A stretch of DNA of 64,000 bases from an uncultured delta proteobacterium (GCA_963729715.1 CAVSPA010000010.1:181230-245229); one strand, 5' to 3'; positions 1 through 10,316 are shown, numbered from the stretch's first letter. Numbers and translations are program-made. The notes: generated by a model not told the origin, from the sequence alone.

Positions 1-452
1 GGATGTATGCTAATGACCGGTTTATCGGATTCTTGGGGGAAGTGCATCCGGATACTCTTCTTGAGATGGATTTAAAGAATCGGGCTTATGTAGCCGAAAT
101 AGATTTGGATATTATCTCCAGTATGTTTTCAGGCGAAGTGTTGTATCAAGATCTGCCAAGATTTCCATCAGTCGTAAGAGATGTGGCATTCGTAATCGGC
201 CAGGAAACGGAAGCGGATAAAATGCTTAAACTTGCCGTTGAAATGGGTAAAGAAATGCTTGAAAAAGTGAGTGTTTTTGATGTATATTCTGGTAATAATA
301 TTCCGGAGGGGAAAAGGAGTCTCGGAATAAGGTTTGTATATCGTGCTGCTGACAGGACCCTAACGGATGATGAAGTGAATCAGCTGCACGGTAAGATCGT
401 AAGAAAGATTGTTGACTTGACTGGGACAAGGATAAGAGGAGAAGAAATCTAG
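1..452 (+). CDS. pheT: Phenylalanyl-tRNA synthetase beta subunit, C-terminal part (truncated by window start)
   Basis: Motifs GFLGEVHP, RFPSVVRDVAF, VFDVYSG, GKRSLGIRFVYR, DRTLTDDEV (FDX-ACB domain); followed by ihfA. Confidence 0.97.
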   Translation, partial: MYANDRFIGFLGEVHPDTLLEMDLKNRAYVAEIDLDIISSMFSGEVLYQDLPRFPSVVRDVAFVIGQETEADKMLKLAVEMGKEMLEKVSVFDVYSGNNIPEGKRSLGIRFVYRAADRTLTDDEVNQLHGKIVRKIVDLTGTRIRGEEI

Positions 453-480
453 GCGTCTGTAAGATTGGGGGAGGTTCGAA

Positions 481-756
481 ATGACAAAGATTGATATTAT
501 TCAGGATGTGTATGAAAAGCTGGGATTTTCCAAAAAGGATGCAGCGAAAATTGTTGAGTCGGTTTTTGAGATCATGAAAGACAGCCTTGCTCGTGGTGAG
601 AAGATAAAGATTTCCGGTTTCGGCAACTTTTCCGTAAAGGATAAGAAATCCCGCAGGGGCAGAAATCCGCAGACCGGAAGTGAAATAGAAATATCTGCGA
701 GGAAAGTACTTACCTTTAAGTCAAGTCAAGTGTTGCGCAAAGCGCTGAATAGTTAA
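481..756 (+). CDS. ihfA: Integration host factor subunit alpha
   Basis: KISGFGNF, RRGRNPQTG, ISARKVLTFK; canonical position after pheT. Confidence 0.95.
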   Translation: MTKIDIIQDVYEKLGFSKKDAAKIVESVFEIMKDSLARGEKIKISGFGNFSVKDKKSRRGRNPQTGSEIEISARKVLTFKSSQVLRKALNS

Positions 757-791
757 TTTGGATAGCAAGAAAAATCTGATCATCAATTCGC

Positions 792-975
792 GATGATTCG
801 GTAAAAAAGTCAAGAATCTGTTTTACAACTGGCCGCTTTTGAGAGAAGTACGGGTATCGAGTCACTGTGATGCCGAGAGATGATACGATCGGACACGTGC
901 ACCGAGGAACTTGCCGTGCGCTTGATGAGGGGGGTATCCAGCCCCAGACTTTTGGACTTTTTGCTGGGTCATCAA
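792..975. repeat. Degenerate palindromic intergenic element (REP/MITE-like) with terminal inverted repeats
   Basis: Left end gatgattcggtaaaaaagtc (792-811) pairs with right end gactttttgctgggtcatc (955-973); mismatches are G-U compatible apart from one bulged A. Confidence 0.55.
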
Positions 976-1097
976 TCCCGCGTACTAAACGAATCCATAA
1001 AGAAATTGATTTAAAGTGACCTTTCGCTGCATGTACGTATGAAAGGCTTCTATATAAGATCTTTGCTTTTTGGGGGCGTCGGGATTTAGGTTTCTTA

Positions 1098-1436
1098 ATG
1101 AATGCGTCGATTCCGAACAAGGAATATTTCCGTATCGGAGAGGTCAGTAGAATCCTCGATGTAGACCCGTATGTCGTCAGGTTTTGGGAATCTGAATTCA
1201 AGTCAATTAAACCAATTCGCACTAAATCATATCAGCGTCTGTATAGGAGAAAAGATTTGGAGGAGCTGCTGATTATAAAAAAACTCCTTTATAGTGATAA
1301 GTTTACGATAAGTGGTGCCAAGAGACAATTGCTGAAAATGAAAAGGGGGGGAACGGAGCAGGATCGAGACGACATGCAAGAAAAGTTTGCGGAAATTAAA
1401 AAAGGATTATTGCAGATAAGACAAATGATAAGTTAA
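1098..1436 (+). CDS. MerR-family transcriptional regulator (ihfA-associated type)
   Basis: YFRIGEVS...VRFWESEF...QRLYRR...FTISGAK pattern. Confidence 0.9.
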   Translation: MNASIPNKEYFRIGEVSRILDVDPYVVRFWESEFKSIKPIRTKSYQRLYRRKDLEELLIIKKLLYSDKFTISGAKRQLLKMKRGGTEQDRDDMQEKFAEIKKGLLQIRQMIS

Positions 1437-1492
1437 AAACGAAAAGGGACAGGCATTTTTTTCAATGAAAAAAGTTACCTGCCCCACCGTTC

Positions 1493-1774
1493 TTAATGTT
1501 TGGTCGATCTCTTGGACGCCTTGAGCGGATTGAGTTTCTGCGTGGCTTCTTTGATCTCTCTCTTAATGTGCGATGCTGTCGGACAGTTTCCAGAAAGCCA
1601 TTTGCTGGAAGGTTCAGGATAGACCTTGCAGTACTGACCGGTCGGGCAATCTATAATTTTGATGCAACCTTCACACTTCTCTATTACCGTGTAGCAATTA
1701 CCCCCATTAAATCCACAACCTTTCTTGGTCATGAAGGCACACTCGGCCCCAATTTTGACGGTTTGACAGACCAT
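1493..1774 (-). CDS. PxxKW-family small cysteine-rich protein
   Basis: About 9 Cys, PEPSSKW motif, C-terminal KLNPLKASKR; SD AAAGGGGGTGA before ATG at 1774. Confidence 0.8.
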   Translation of the reverse strand: MVCQTVKIGAECAFMTKKGCGFNGGNCYTVIEKCEGCIKIIDCPTGQYCKVYPEPSSKWLSGNCPTASHIKREIKEATQKLNPLKASKRSTKH

Positions 1775-2041
1775 TGGAATCACCCCCTTTCGTATCTTCT
1801 TTTATTTGCTTAATTGTAGCCAGTTCTTGATTTAATAAAAATCTTTTTCTTGTAACAAAATATACAAGTATATGTCAAGAAAAAAGTTCATTGAATTAAC
1901 TTGTCGAATATTGGAATGATAACAGTGTCAATGCCTTATCGAATAAATTGACTTCGGACTACAATCATGTTAGGCAAACACCTCCGATGGAAATGAGTTT
2001 GAAAGCGCGGAGAAATCATCATCAGGCTTTCAGGATTAATT

Positions 2042-2320
2042 GTGACTGACATGGTAGTGATAAAAACGTTTGAGATAAAAAATAAGCTTGGTCTTCACGC
2101 AAGGGTTGCGGCAAAGCTCATCAATGTATCGTCGCGATTCAAGGCTAAGATATTTTTTGAGAGGGATGGTAAAGTTGCAAACGGGAAAAGTCTCCTCAGT
2201 ATCTTGACGTTAGCCTGTCCTTTGGGAAGCCGACTGACGATAAGAGCGGAGGGAATGGACGCGCGAGAGGCTGTTCAGGACCTTGGCAAACTTATAGAAA
2301 GTAAGTTTGGAGAAGATTGA
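2042..2320 (+). CDS. ptsH: Phosphocarrier protein HPr
   Basis: NKLGLHAR (His15) and NGKSLLSIL (Ser46) motifs. Confidence 0.95.
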   Translation: MTDMVVIKTFEIKNKLGLHARVAAKLINVSSRFKAKIFFERDGKVANGKSLLSILTLACPLGSRLTIRAEGMDAREAVQDLGKLIESKFGED

Positions 2321-4098
2321 TGGTCGATGACGCAGGGAAAAGGTCTTTTGTTCTGAAGGGCATTGGTGTCTCGCCAGGCATAGTGATTGGAAAGGCGCAC
2401 CTCTTTGATCGTTTTGATGCCCAGGTTTCCTTCTACAGGCTTCGGGACAAGGACCTCGTATCGGAAGAGACTAAGAGGTTTAAGGCGGCGCTGAAGGAAT
2501 CGGAAAAACAGCTCCTTGAGGTTAAAAATAGACTGCGTGAACTGGCGGGACAGGAACCTTTATATATCATCGACGTACATTTATTGATACTCAAAGATAA
2601 GATGTTCATCAATCATACTATTCAGTATATCAAGGACTTGTGCATCAATGCGGAATGGGCCATCAAGATGACCATCGACAGATATCGAGAGATCTTTGAT
2701 AAAGTGGAAGATGAATATCTCAAAGGACGAATCAGTGATATTCGATACGTGGGGCAGATGGTTACGAGAAATCTTGCCGGAGGTAAAGATGTCGTTCCGG
2801 ATATTGCTGGCAAGGGGATAATCATTGCCGCAGACCTTTCGCCCGCGGATACTGCGCAGATGATGATGAATAAGGTGCAGGGATTTGCAACTGATATGGG
2901 AGGAAAAACATCTCATACTGCTATTGTGGCGCGTGCTGTTGAGATTCCCGCCGTAGTTGGTTTGGAGTCTATCACCAAAATGGTACGAACCAACGATGAC
3001 ATCATTATCGACGGCACGGCGGGGCTTGTTGTTGTGAATCCTGATCCGGAAATGATTAAGGTATATGACGATAAGCGGAGGCATTTTGAAATAGCCCAGG
3101 AGAATTTTCTGAAATATGCCAGACTGCCTGCTGTAACAAAAGATAATTATAGAGTGGATATAGGGGGGAATATCGAGTTTATCGAAGAGATTCCCACTGC
3201 TGTATCCCACGGTGCCGAGGGCATTGGTCTCTACAGAACGGAGTTTATCTACATAAATAAAGGACAGCTGCCCACGGAGGAAGAACACTTTTCAAACTAC
3301 AGAAGTATCGTTGGTGTAGAGGGTTTAAATTGGGCGACAATCAGAACCTTTGATCTCGGCGGTGACAAGTTTTACTCCGATCCCAAGTTGGCCAAAGAGA
3401 TGAATCCTCAAATGGGTCTGCGAGCTATCCGCTTCTGTTTGAAAGAAGTCGATATGTTTAAGGTGCAGTTGCGGGCGATTGCCCGCGCCAGTGCTTTTGG
3501 AAAGACGAGGATCATGTTTCCCATGGTTTCGGGCATTGAGGAAATACGAGAAGCCAAGAGGATCTTTTTTGAGGTTAAGGGTGATCTTGTCGCCAAAGGC
3601 ATACCAATGGGTGATGACATTGAAATTGGCGTCATGATAGAAGTTCCGTCTGCCGTGATTATTGCCGACGAACTGGCAAAAGAAGTGGATTTCTTCAGCA
3701 TAGGCACGAACGATCTTATTCAATATGCCTTGGCTATCGACAGAATAAACGAAAGAGTGACCTATTTGTATGAACCGCTCCACCCTGCCGTTTTAAGACT
3801 CATCAAGCACGTGATTGACGTCGGTCATAACGCGGGCGTTCGGGTTGCCATGTGCGGGGAAATGGCAGGCGAACCGGCGTATATCATGATTCTCTTAGGT
3901 CTTGAGATAGACGAGCTGAGTATGAATCCCCTGGCAATACCGCGGGTGAAAAAAATCATTCAGGAATCTACCCTAAAGGAATCCAAGACGCTGTTAGAGA
4001 AAGTTATGACTTTCTCATCGGCTGCTGTGATTCGAGAATTTGTCAACAACTATATGCGTGAACGTTTCCCGGAAGAATTCCAGACGAACGGCACTTGA
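2317..4098 (+). CDS. ptsI: PEP-protein phosphotransferase (PTS enzyme I)
   Basis: GGKTSHTAIVAR, GIGLYRTEF, FFSIGTNDLIQY, MCGEMAG; no GAF domain. Confidence 0.97.
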   Translation: MMVDDAGKRSFVLKGIGVSPGIVIGKAHLFDRFDAQVSFYRLRDKDLVSEETKRFKAALKESEKQLLEVKNRLRELAGQEPLYIIDVHLLILKDKMFINHTIQYIKDLCINAEWAIKMTIDRYREIFDKVEDEYLKGRISDIRYVGQMVTRNLAGGKDVVPDIAGKGIIIAADLSPADTAQMMMNKVQGFATDMGGKTSHTAIVARAVEIPAVVGLESITKMVRTNDDIIIDGTAGLVVVNPDPEMIKVYDDKRRHFEIAQENFLKYARLPAVTKDNYRVDIGGNIEFIEEIPTAVSHGAEGIGLYRTEFIYINKGQLPTEEEHFSNYRSIVGVEGLNWATIRTFDLGGDKFYSDPKLAKEMNPQMGLRAIRFCLKEVDMFKVQLRAIARASAFGKTRIMFPMVSGIEEIREAKRIFFEVKGDLVAKGIPMGDDIEIGVMIEVPSAVIIADELAKEVDFFSIGTNDLIQYALAIDRINERVTYLYEPLHPAVLRLIKHVIDVGHNAGVRVAMCGEMAGEPAYIMILLGLEIDELSMNPLAIPRVKKIIQESTLKESKTLLEKVMTFSSAAVIREFVNNYMRERFPEEFQTNGT

Positions 4099-4213
4099 GA
4101 TTAAGTGGAGAAAAAGCATTATTGTCGTCGTAGGTATCGGGTAAACTGTGCTTCCTGCGGCCGTGTATCGAGACAATTTACAGCCGGGAACTTCATTTTC
4201 GTAAGAGATCATC

Positions 4214-6844
4214 ATGTCCTTCCTGTCAAAAATTAGAGTGTGGATGGAAGAAGATGGAGATTTTTACGCAGGCCACCTGTACCGGGAGGATAACTTCCTC
4301 CTTTTCTGGCTGATCAAGAAGGTGTTGTCCAAAGTAGAACTTGCCGATGAGTATGTCGAAGCGCTAAAAAATCTGTCTGAAAGAGGTACAGTCGTATACG
4401 CCATAAAGAATAAGAGTCAGCTAAACAGCCTCATTATTCGGGAGCTGTCCGCGCGAAGGGGTATCCCCAGACCGGTTTACTGCCACGGCTTCAATATGAT
4501 ATTCTGGCAGCCTTTCCCTGCCCTTGCCAAGGTTGTCTTCTCGAGTATATCTCATTTGGTCTTCAAGAAATCAGTCCCTGATGCCGCGAAGAAAAGTTAT
4601 CTGAAGCGGATCATTGCCGAAGGGAAAAGTGCGATAATCCATCTAGGAGGTTCGGAATTTTTTGAAAGCCCGGTTACCGAGGATGGTGTCGCCCAATTGA
4701 TAGATGCTCAGAATAACTCAAGTGTTCCCGTCTATATTGTCCCCGTCATGATTACTTACGGCCGGAGAAGGGAGAAAGAGAAAGAAAGCTTTCTAAATAT
4801 ATTGTTCGGCCAGACCGAAGAGACGGGTGCGCTCCGTCAGCTTATCACCTTCCTCAGGTATTCTAATAAGGCTACGGTGATATCCGCAGAACCTGTTGAC
4901 TTGGCGGACTATGTCAATAAGAACGCAGGCGCAAAAATAGATGTCTTATATCATGATTTGAGAAGAGAACTGATTGAACGGATTGACGAAGAAAAGATGA
5001 GTATCGTAGGACCTGTCTTGAAGTCGAGGGAAGAGATCATCAGTATGGTTCTTAATGATGGCAACCTTGATCATTTCATAGAAGATATGGCTGCACACGG
5101 GGCAAAAAACCATGTCTCCTTAGCTAAGGAAGCAGAGAAATATATCCGGGAAATTGCCGCCGACTATAATGATATGTTTATTGAGCTCTGGGATAAATTT
5201 CTGACTTGGTTGTGGAACAACATCTATGACGGCGTAGTAGTGGACAAGCCGGGACTTGCTAAAATAAGAAACTTATCAAAGAAAATGCCCTTCGTTATTA
5301 TTCCCTGTCATAGAAGCCATATTGATTATCTTCTCCTTTCCTATGTCTTTTACGAGCATAATATACAGATGCCATTTGTCGCCGCCGGCACCAATTTGTC
5401 TTTTTGGCCCTTAGGATATCTATTTCGGAAATCGGGCGCTTTCTTTATCCGCCGTACATTTAAAGGGAATAAACTTTACGGCGAAGTCTTTGCCAAGTAT
5501 CTGGAGGTCATCTTGAAAGAGGGTCTTCCCCTCGAGTTTTTCATTGAAGGGGGAAGGAGCCGCAGCGGCAAGATGGTAATGCCCAAGTTCGGCCTCCTTT
5601 CCATGCTTATTCAAGCTTACAGAAAGAGGGCCGGTGATGATCTGGCATTGATCCCTGTTTACATCGGCTACGATCGAGTCATCGAAGAAGAATCCTACCT
5701 GAGGGAGCTTGGGGGAGTTCCCAAAGAGAGAGAAAAGCCGTCAGATGTCATCAAGAGCCGCAGATTTCTAAGGAAGCGTTACGGGCGCGTCTACGTAAAT
5801 ATCGGTGAACCGACCTTCCTGAAATCATATCTCGCTTCACAGGAAAAATCTTTTGACGATATGAGTATGGATGAAAGGCAGAGCCTGTACAGAAAGATCA
5901 GTTATGAAATAACTCTGGAAATCAACAGGGTGTCCGTTGTTACTCCATTTTCTCTTATTGCCTCCGTTTTGCTGTGCCATGACAGAAGGGGCATATCACA
6001 TGATGATCTCATGGCGGTGCTGAAATTATTTTATGACTATCTGAGCTACAAAAAAGTAAATTTTGCAGCAACCTTGGTCCACAAGGAAAAGGCCTTTGTG
6101 GATGCCCTCAATCTGTTTGATGAGTCAGGAATTATATCCAAGATGGGGGCAGAAGAAGAAGAACCGGATGAAATGGAAGAGATTGTCTACTCTCTCGAAG
6201 AAAATAACCGCTTGAACTTAGAGTATTACAAAAATAATATCCTTCACTTTTTTGTCCCCATCAGTTTTGTAGCCGCATCGCTGTCTTCAAGCCATGAGGA
6301 CATGATACCCCTGAACCGGATTGTGAAAGATTTCCAATTTTTAAAGAGGCTCTTCTGGCAGGAGTTCATCTTTGATGACCGGAAGGACGACTTGGATGAG
6401 GTAAACGATGTTCTCTCTTATTTGAATAGCAGGGGCATGATTGCTGCCCTGGAACAGAATGGGCAGGCTCTTGTCGAGGTGAAAGGCAAAGGAAAGACGA
6501 ATCTTATGCCTTTCGCCGGGTTAATCAGCAACTATATGGAATCGTACTGGGTTGTGATAAGGAGCAGCATGTATCTCAGGAAGGGAGCCATGTCGGAGAG
6601 GGACTGGATGAGAAAAATCCAGCAGCTTGGCGCCAAGATGTACAAGAAGGGGGAGATACGAAGAGCGGAAGCCATGTCGCAGTCGAATTATCAAAGCGCC
6701 ATGCAATTCCTCCAGGATGCAGATATCGTGTATGTTTCGGTGGCAAGCGAAAGCGGCGACAGGAAAGAAGCGAACATATTTACGCTTACCGGAAACAAGG
6801 CTGAATTGGATTCTGTAAGACGCCGTCTTTTCGAATTCTTGTAA
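4214..6844 (+). CDS. plsB: Glycerol-3-phosphate O-acyltransferase (PlsB-like)
   Basis: PCHRSHIDY (HxxxxD), GAFFIRR, FFIEGGRSRSGK, IPVYIGYD. Confidence 0.9.
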   Translation: MSFLSKIRVWMEEDGDFYAGHLYREDNFLLFWLIKKVLSKVELADEYVEALKNLSERGTVVYAIKNKSQLNSLIIRELSARRGIPRPVYCHGFNMIFWQPFPALAKVVFSSISHLVFKKSVPDAAKKSYLKRIIAEGKSAIIHLGGSEFFESPVTEDGVAQLIDAQNNSSVPVYIVPVMITYGRRREKEKESFLNILFGQTEETGALRQLITFLRYSNKATVISAEPVDLADYVNKNAGAKIDVLYHDLRRELIERIDEEKMSIVGPVLKSREEIISMVLNDGNLDHFIEDMAAHGAKNHVSLAKEAEKYIREIAADYNDMFIELWDKFLTWLWNNIYDGVVVDKPGLAKIRNLSKKMPFVIIPCHRSHIDYLLLSYVFYEHNIQMPFVAAGTNLSFWPLGYLFRKSGAFFIRRTFKGNKLYGEVFAKYLEVILKEGLPLEFFIEGGRSRSGKMVMPKFGLLSMLIQAYRKRAGDDLALIPVYIGYDRVIEEESYLRELGGVPKEREKPSDVIKSRRFLRKRYGRVYVNIGEPTFLKSYLASQEKSFDDMSMDERQSLYRKISYEITLEINRVSVVTPFSLIASVLLCHDRRGISHDDLMAVLKLFYDYLSYKKVNFAATLVHKEKAFVDALNLFDESGIISKMGAEEEEPDEMEEIVYSLEENNRLNLEYYKNNILHFFVPISFVAASLSSSHEDMIPLNRIVKDFQFLKRLFWQEFIFDDRKDDLDEVNDVLSYLNSRGMIAALEQNGQALVEVKGKGKTNLMPFAGLISNYMESYWVVIRSSMYLRKGAMSERDWMRKIQQLGAKMYKKGEIRRAEAMSQSNYQSAMQFLQDADIVYVSVASESGDRKEANIFTLTGNKAELDSVRRRLFEFL

Positions 6845-7013
6845 TGATGGAATTGCGGAAGAATCAATCCATCCTGCTTGATGCGTCGGGACCGCTAATC
6901 TCATATAATAATCTTTTCAAAGTTTTACATTGCTGCTGCTTCCCACATTGCGGGTCCAATCGGCAGTTTTTGTTTGACATGAATGGCCGTTCGTGCTAAG
7001 GAGCGCCACGCAA

Positions 7014-7295
7014 ATGGATAAGGATACGAAGAAGACGGCCATCCAAATGGCATATGCAAGCAGCATAGGCATTTTCATGGTTGTGCTGATCTTTGGCGGT
7101 CTTTATCTCGGCGTTTTTCTGGACAGGAAATTCGATACCGGCTATATTTTCACAATTTTCCTTCTGATTGCGGCCATTGTTGCAGGATTCAGAAACATAT
7201 ATGTCTTAATCAAGAAAATACCGGATGAAAAGCCGTTAATTAAGTATCTGAAAAGTGAACCGCACAGAAAAAGACCCCCTGCAAAAGAGGCTTGA
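7014..7295 (+). CDS. AtpZ/AtpI-family small membrane protein
   Basis: Two TM helices with GLYLGVFLDRKFDT motif; precedes atpI-atpB. Confidence 0.8.
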   Translation: MDKDTKKTAIQMAYASSIGIFMVVLIFGGLYLGVFLDRKFDTGYIFTIFLLIAAIVAGFRNIYVLIKKIPDEKPLIKYLKSEPHRKRPPAKEA

Positions 7296-7650
7296 GCTTA
7301 CAAACTGGATCATCCTGGGAATATTGACGGTGATCAGTTTTATCTTCATGCCTCACAAGTTCGCCTTGGGCATGCTGTTGGGTGGCTTTATAAGCATCGT
7401 AAATTTTCACTGGCTCGTCCGAGATCTCCGAAAGGCGTTCAGAAGTCTTTCAGAAAAGTCAAATTCTGCCGTGACGTTTAAATATTACATCAGGTTTGGC
7501 GTTACAGCAATAGCACTGTATTTTATTATTACCGGAGATATCGTTGATATAATAGGTTTACTGATCGGGCTTTCAACAGTAGTAATTGCCATAGTAATTA
7601 CCACAATTGCTTTATATTCAAAAAAAAATTGTGTTGAGGAGGCTAGATAA
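7255..7650 (+). CDS. atpI: ATP synthase protein I
   Basis: Four TM segments, GGFISIVNF motif, directly upstream of atpB. Confidence 0.8.
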   Translation: MNRTEKDPLQKRLELTNWIILGILTVISFIFMPHKFALGMLLGGFISIVNFHWLVRDLRKAFRSLSEKSNSAVTFKYYIRFGVTAIALYFIITGDIVDIIGLLIGLSTVVIAIVITTIALYSKKNCVEEAR

Positions 7651-7653
7651 AAG

Positions 7654-8307
7654 ATGCATTCTCTTTCATTCCTTGAAAACCACTTGATCCCTGCGCACAT
7701 AATGTATACCTGGTTTGTCATGGTACTGCTTGCACTATGCTCTTTTTTGGCAACGCGCAAGCTGGATATTTATCCGACTAGATTTCAAAATGTGATGGAG
7801 GTTGTCGTCAGTGGTTTGGATTCTTTAATAACCGATACGATGGGTCATGACGGAAGGAAATTCTTTCCTCTCATTGCTACTATAGGGCTCTTTATTCTTA
7901 CATCCAATCTCCTGGGACTTGTTCCAGGTTTTGAATCCCCCACGGCCAATCTGAACACGAATCTTTCCATGGCGCTGGTGGTCTTTTGCATGACGCACGT
8001 TATGGGGGTCAAGGTGCACGGGTACAAATACGTTAAGCAATTTATGGGTCCGGTGTGGTGGTTGACGCCGCTCATGGTGCTCATCGAACTCGTCAGTCAT
8101 TTGGTTCGGCCCGTATCGCTCACGGTGCGATTATTCGGGAATATCGAGGGCGGGCATATCGTTGTTGCCGTATTGTTCCTGTTAGCTCCCTTCCTCGTGC
8201 CCATACCGATTCTTTTTCTCAAGATTTTCATTTCCGTAATCCAGACCCTCGTCTTCATGTTGCTCTCAATGATGTATATTGCCGGCGCCATGGAGGAAGC
8301 GCACTAA
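7654..8307 (+). CDS. atpB: F0F1 ATP synthase subunit a
   Basis: [34 protein letters not shown] (essential Arg). Confidence 0.97.
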   Translation: MHSLSFLENHLIPAHIMYTWFVMVLLALCSFLATRKLDIYPTRFQNVMEVVVSGLDSLITDTMGHDGRKFFPLIATIGLFILTSNLLGLVPGFESPTANLNTNLSMALVVFCMTHVMGVKVHGYKYVKQFMGPVWWLTPLMVLIELVSHLVRPVSLTVRLFGNIEGGHIVVAVLFLLAPFLVPIPILFLKIFISVIQTLVFMLLSMMYIAGAMEEAH

Positions 8308-8335
8308 AACACGCCAATCTGAACAATAACAAAGT

Positions 8336-8374
8336 GAGGGGCCAAGAATTGAACTGTCTTGGCTCCTCTTTTAT
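8336..8374 (+). terminator. Rho-independent terminator after atpB
   Basis: Stem gaggggccaaga / tcttggctcctc followed by ttttatt. Confidence 0.75.
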
Positions 8375-8588
8375 TCCCCGACAACCGAGGGAGGGAATAA
8401 CGCTATGGGTATTAAATCTTACCGGTTCAGCCCGAGCACATCCAAAGATATAATCTATTATGCGGTTAACTCTGACTGACGCGGCCGGATCCGCGCAGAT
8501 GCGAACCGTGACAATTCTCAGGGCTGTAACTGCGCGAATTATGCCGGCCCCAGTCGGCAGGATTCTCTATAAATATGATAAGGAGGCA

Positions 8589-9503
8589 ATGCTGGAGATG
8601 TCTTTGAAAAGTGAAACCGCAAAACTGAATAGAATCATTTCCGTCATTTTCTTGACCATCATATTCATCTGCGCCGGGTATTCAACATCGTACGCAGAGA
8701 AGAACTTCTTGTGGCGTATTCAATCAAAGAGAAACACAGCATATGTGCTTGGTTCTATCCATCTCTTGAAGAAAGATGTCTATCCCCTCAGCAGAACGAT
8801 AGAAGGCGCTTTTGAGAAATCGGATGTCCTGGCAGTCGAGACAGACGTCAGTGACATAAGCCGGCTGGATCTCCAGAAGTTGATGGAGAGTGCCTTTTAC
8901 CCGGGCGGTGACAGCCTTGAAAAACATGTCTCCGCGAAAACCTTCAACCTCATCAAGGAGGAAACGGCAAGGGCAGGTTTGCCCATGGAGCTGGTCTATA
9001 ACCAGCGTCCGTGGTTTTTGGGACTGACGCTGGAGTCGGTAGAACTAATGAAATCAGGCTATGACCCCAATTACGGGATAGACAAACATTTTCTTTCAAA
9101 AGCTGAAGGCAGGAAAAAGATATCAGAACTGGAGAGTCTTGATTATCAAATTAATCTTCTTGCAGGCTTAAACGACGATGAGCAGGAACTGTTTCTATTA
9201 TATACATTGAAGGAATTAAAAATACTCGTGAAGGAAGTTGATAAACTCGTAGACGCGTGGAAATCCGGTGCCGTGGAGAAGATGGAGTCGACAGTGACAA
9301 AAAGCCTGACTGAGGACAGGCGATTCTATACTATTTATGATAAGCTGATCTATAAGAGAAACAGAAACATGGCACAAAAAATCGACGGCTACTTGAAGAC
9401 AAACGGCACGTACTTCGTTGTTGTCGGGGCAGCCCATCTCCTCGGCGATAAAGGAATCATCCAGCTGTTGAAGGATAAGGGCTATTCCGTAGAACAATTG
9501 TAA
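8589..9503 (+). CDS. TraB/GumN-family exported protein
   Basis: Signal peptide, LWRI...YVLGSIH, GIDKHF, ELESLDYQ, KRNRNM, FVVVGAAHL; SD AAGGAGG before ATG at 8589. Confidence 0.88.
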   Translation: MLEMSLKSETAKLNRIISVIFLTIIFICAGYSTSYAEKNFLWRIQSKRNTAYVLGSIHLLKKDVYPLSRTIEGAFEKSDVLAVETDVSDISRLDLQKLMESAFYPGGDSLEKHVSAKTFNLIKEETARAGLPMELVYNQRPWFLGLTLESVELMKSGYDPNYGIDKHFLSKAEGRKKISELESLDYQINLLAGLNDDEQELFLLYTLKELKILVKEVDKLVDAWKSGAVEKMESTVTKSLTEDRRFYTIYDKLIYKRNRNMAQKIDGYLKTNGTYFVVVGAAHLLGDKGIIQLLKDKGYSVEQL

Positions 9504-9517
9504 TGAATATCATAAAA

Positions 9518-10117
9518 CTATTGACTGATCTTCAGGCCGCTGGCGAGAAGAAGCATAACCCCCTTTCTCACCATCATAACGGCAATGGCAGCGAGCAGAA
9601 GGGCAGCAAGCTTGGAAACCGTCCTGGCTCCGGACTTCCCCAAAAGGCGGATGATCGGCGCATAGAGCCAGAATGTGAAGCCGGCAATCAGTATATTCAC
9701 GATCAGGGCGGCCACCGTAGCTAAAGGTCCATACTCCTGAACGAGGATTAATATAGTGGTGAGGACGGCAGGACCGACGATCAGGGGTACACCTAAAGGC
9801 ACTGCGCCGAGACTCTCCGGATCGATCTGACTCCACCTTCTTTCCATGGACATTAAATCATCGAGGGAAATAATAAAGAGGAGGGTTCCACCCGCGATCA
9901 TGAAATCAGAGACGGTGATACCCAAAAGATCCAGGATCACTTTTCCTACTGCCAGAAAAATAACGGCTACGATGGTTGCCGTAACAACGGACTGCACAAT
10001 AATCCGGTTGATTTTTGGTCTGTCCAGCCCCTCGGTAAAGTTCATGAACATAGGCAGGACGCCGATGACATTCACCGCCATGAATATGGGTAAAAAGCAG
10101 AACCAGAACCTGTTCAT
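9518..10117 (-). CDS. MarC-family membrane protein
   Basis: LLGITVSDFMIAGG, AVPLGVPLIVGPA; about six TM segments. Confidence 0.9.
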   Translation of the reverse strand: MNRFWFCFLPIFMAVNVIGVLPMFMNFTEGLDRPKINRIIVQSVVTATIVAVIFLAVGKVILDLLGITVSDFMIAGGTLLFIISLDDLMSMERRWSQIDPESLGAVPLGVPLIVGPAVLTTILILVQEYGPLATVAALIVNILIAGFTFWLYAPIIRLLGKSGARTVSKLAALLLAAIAVMMVRKGVMLLLASGLKISQ

Positions 10118-10316
10118 GGGATCGCTGCCTCACACTTGGTATTATTCTACATTATAAGGAATAGAACAGAATAGGACAACAATAATTATGAAAGATACTT
10201 GTTACACGCTTGGAATATAGCACAGCGGCAAGAGACGCTGCTGCAATATGTGAATTTTTCTCCGCTGTGGCGTCCATGAGAAAATACTGTTTTGATAATA
10301 GTGGAGACGAATATAA

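Noticed and set aside
880..1090. Possible tmRNA or SRP RNA between ihfA and merR
   Set aside because: No tRNA-like ends, T-loop or SRP tetraloop motif; better explained as a palindromic element
716..1222. 168-aa minus-strand ORF
   Set aside because: Overlaps ihfA and merR antisense and has no recognisable motifs
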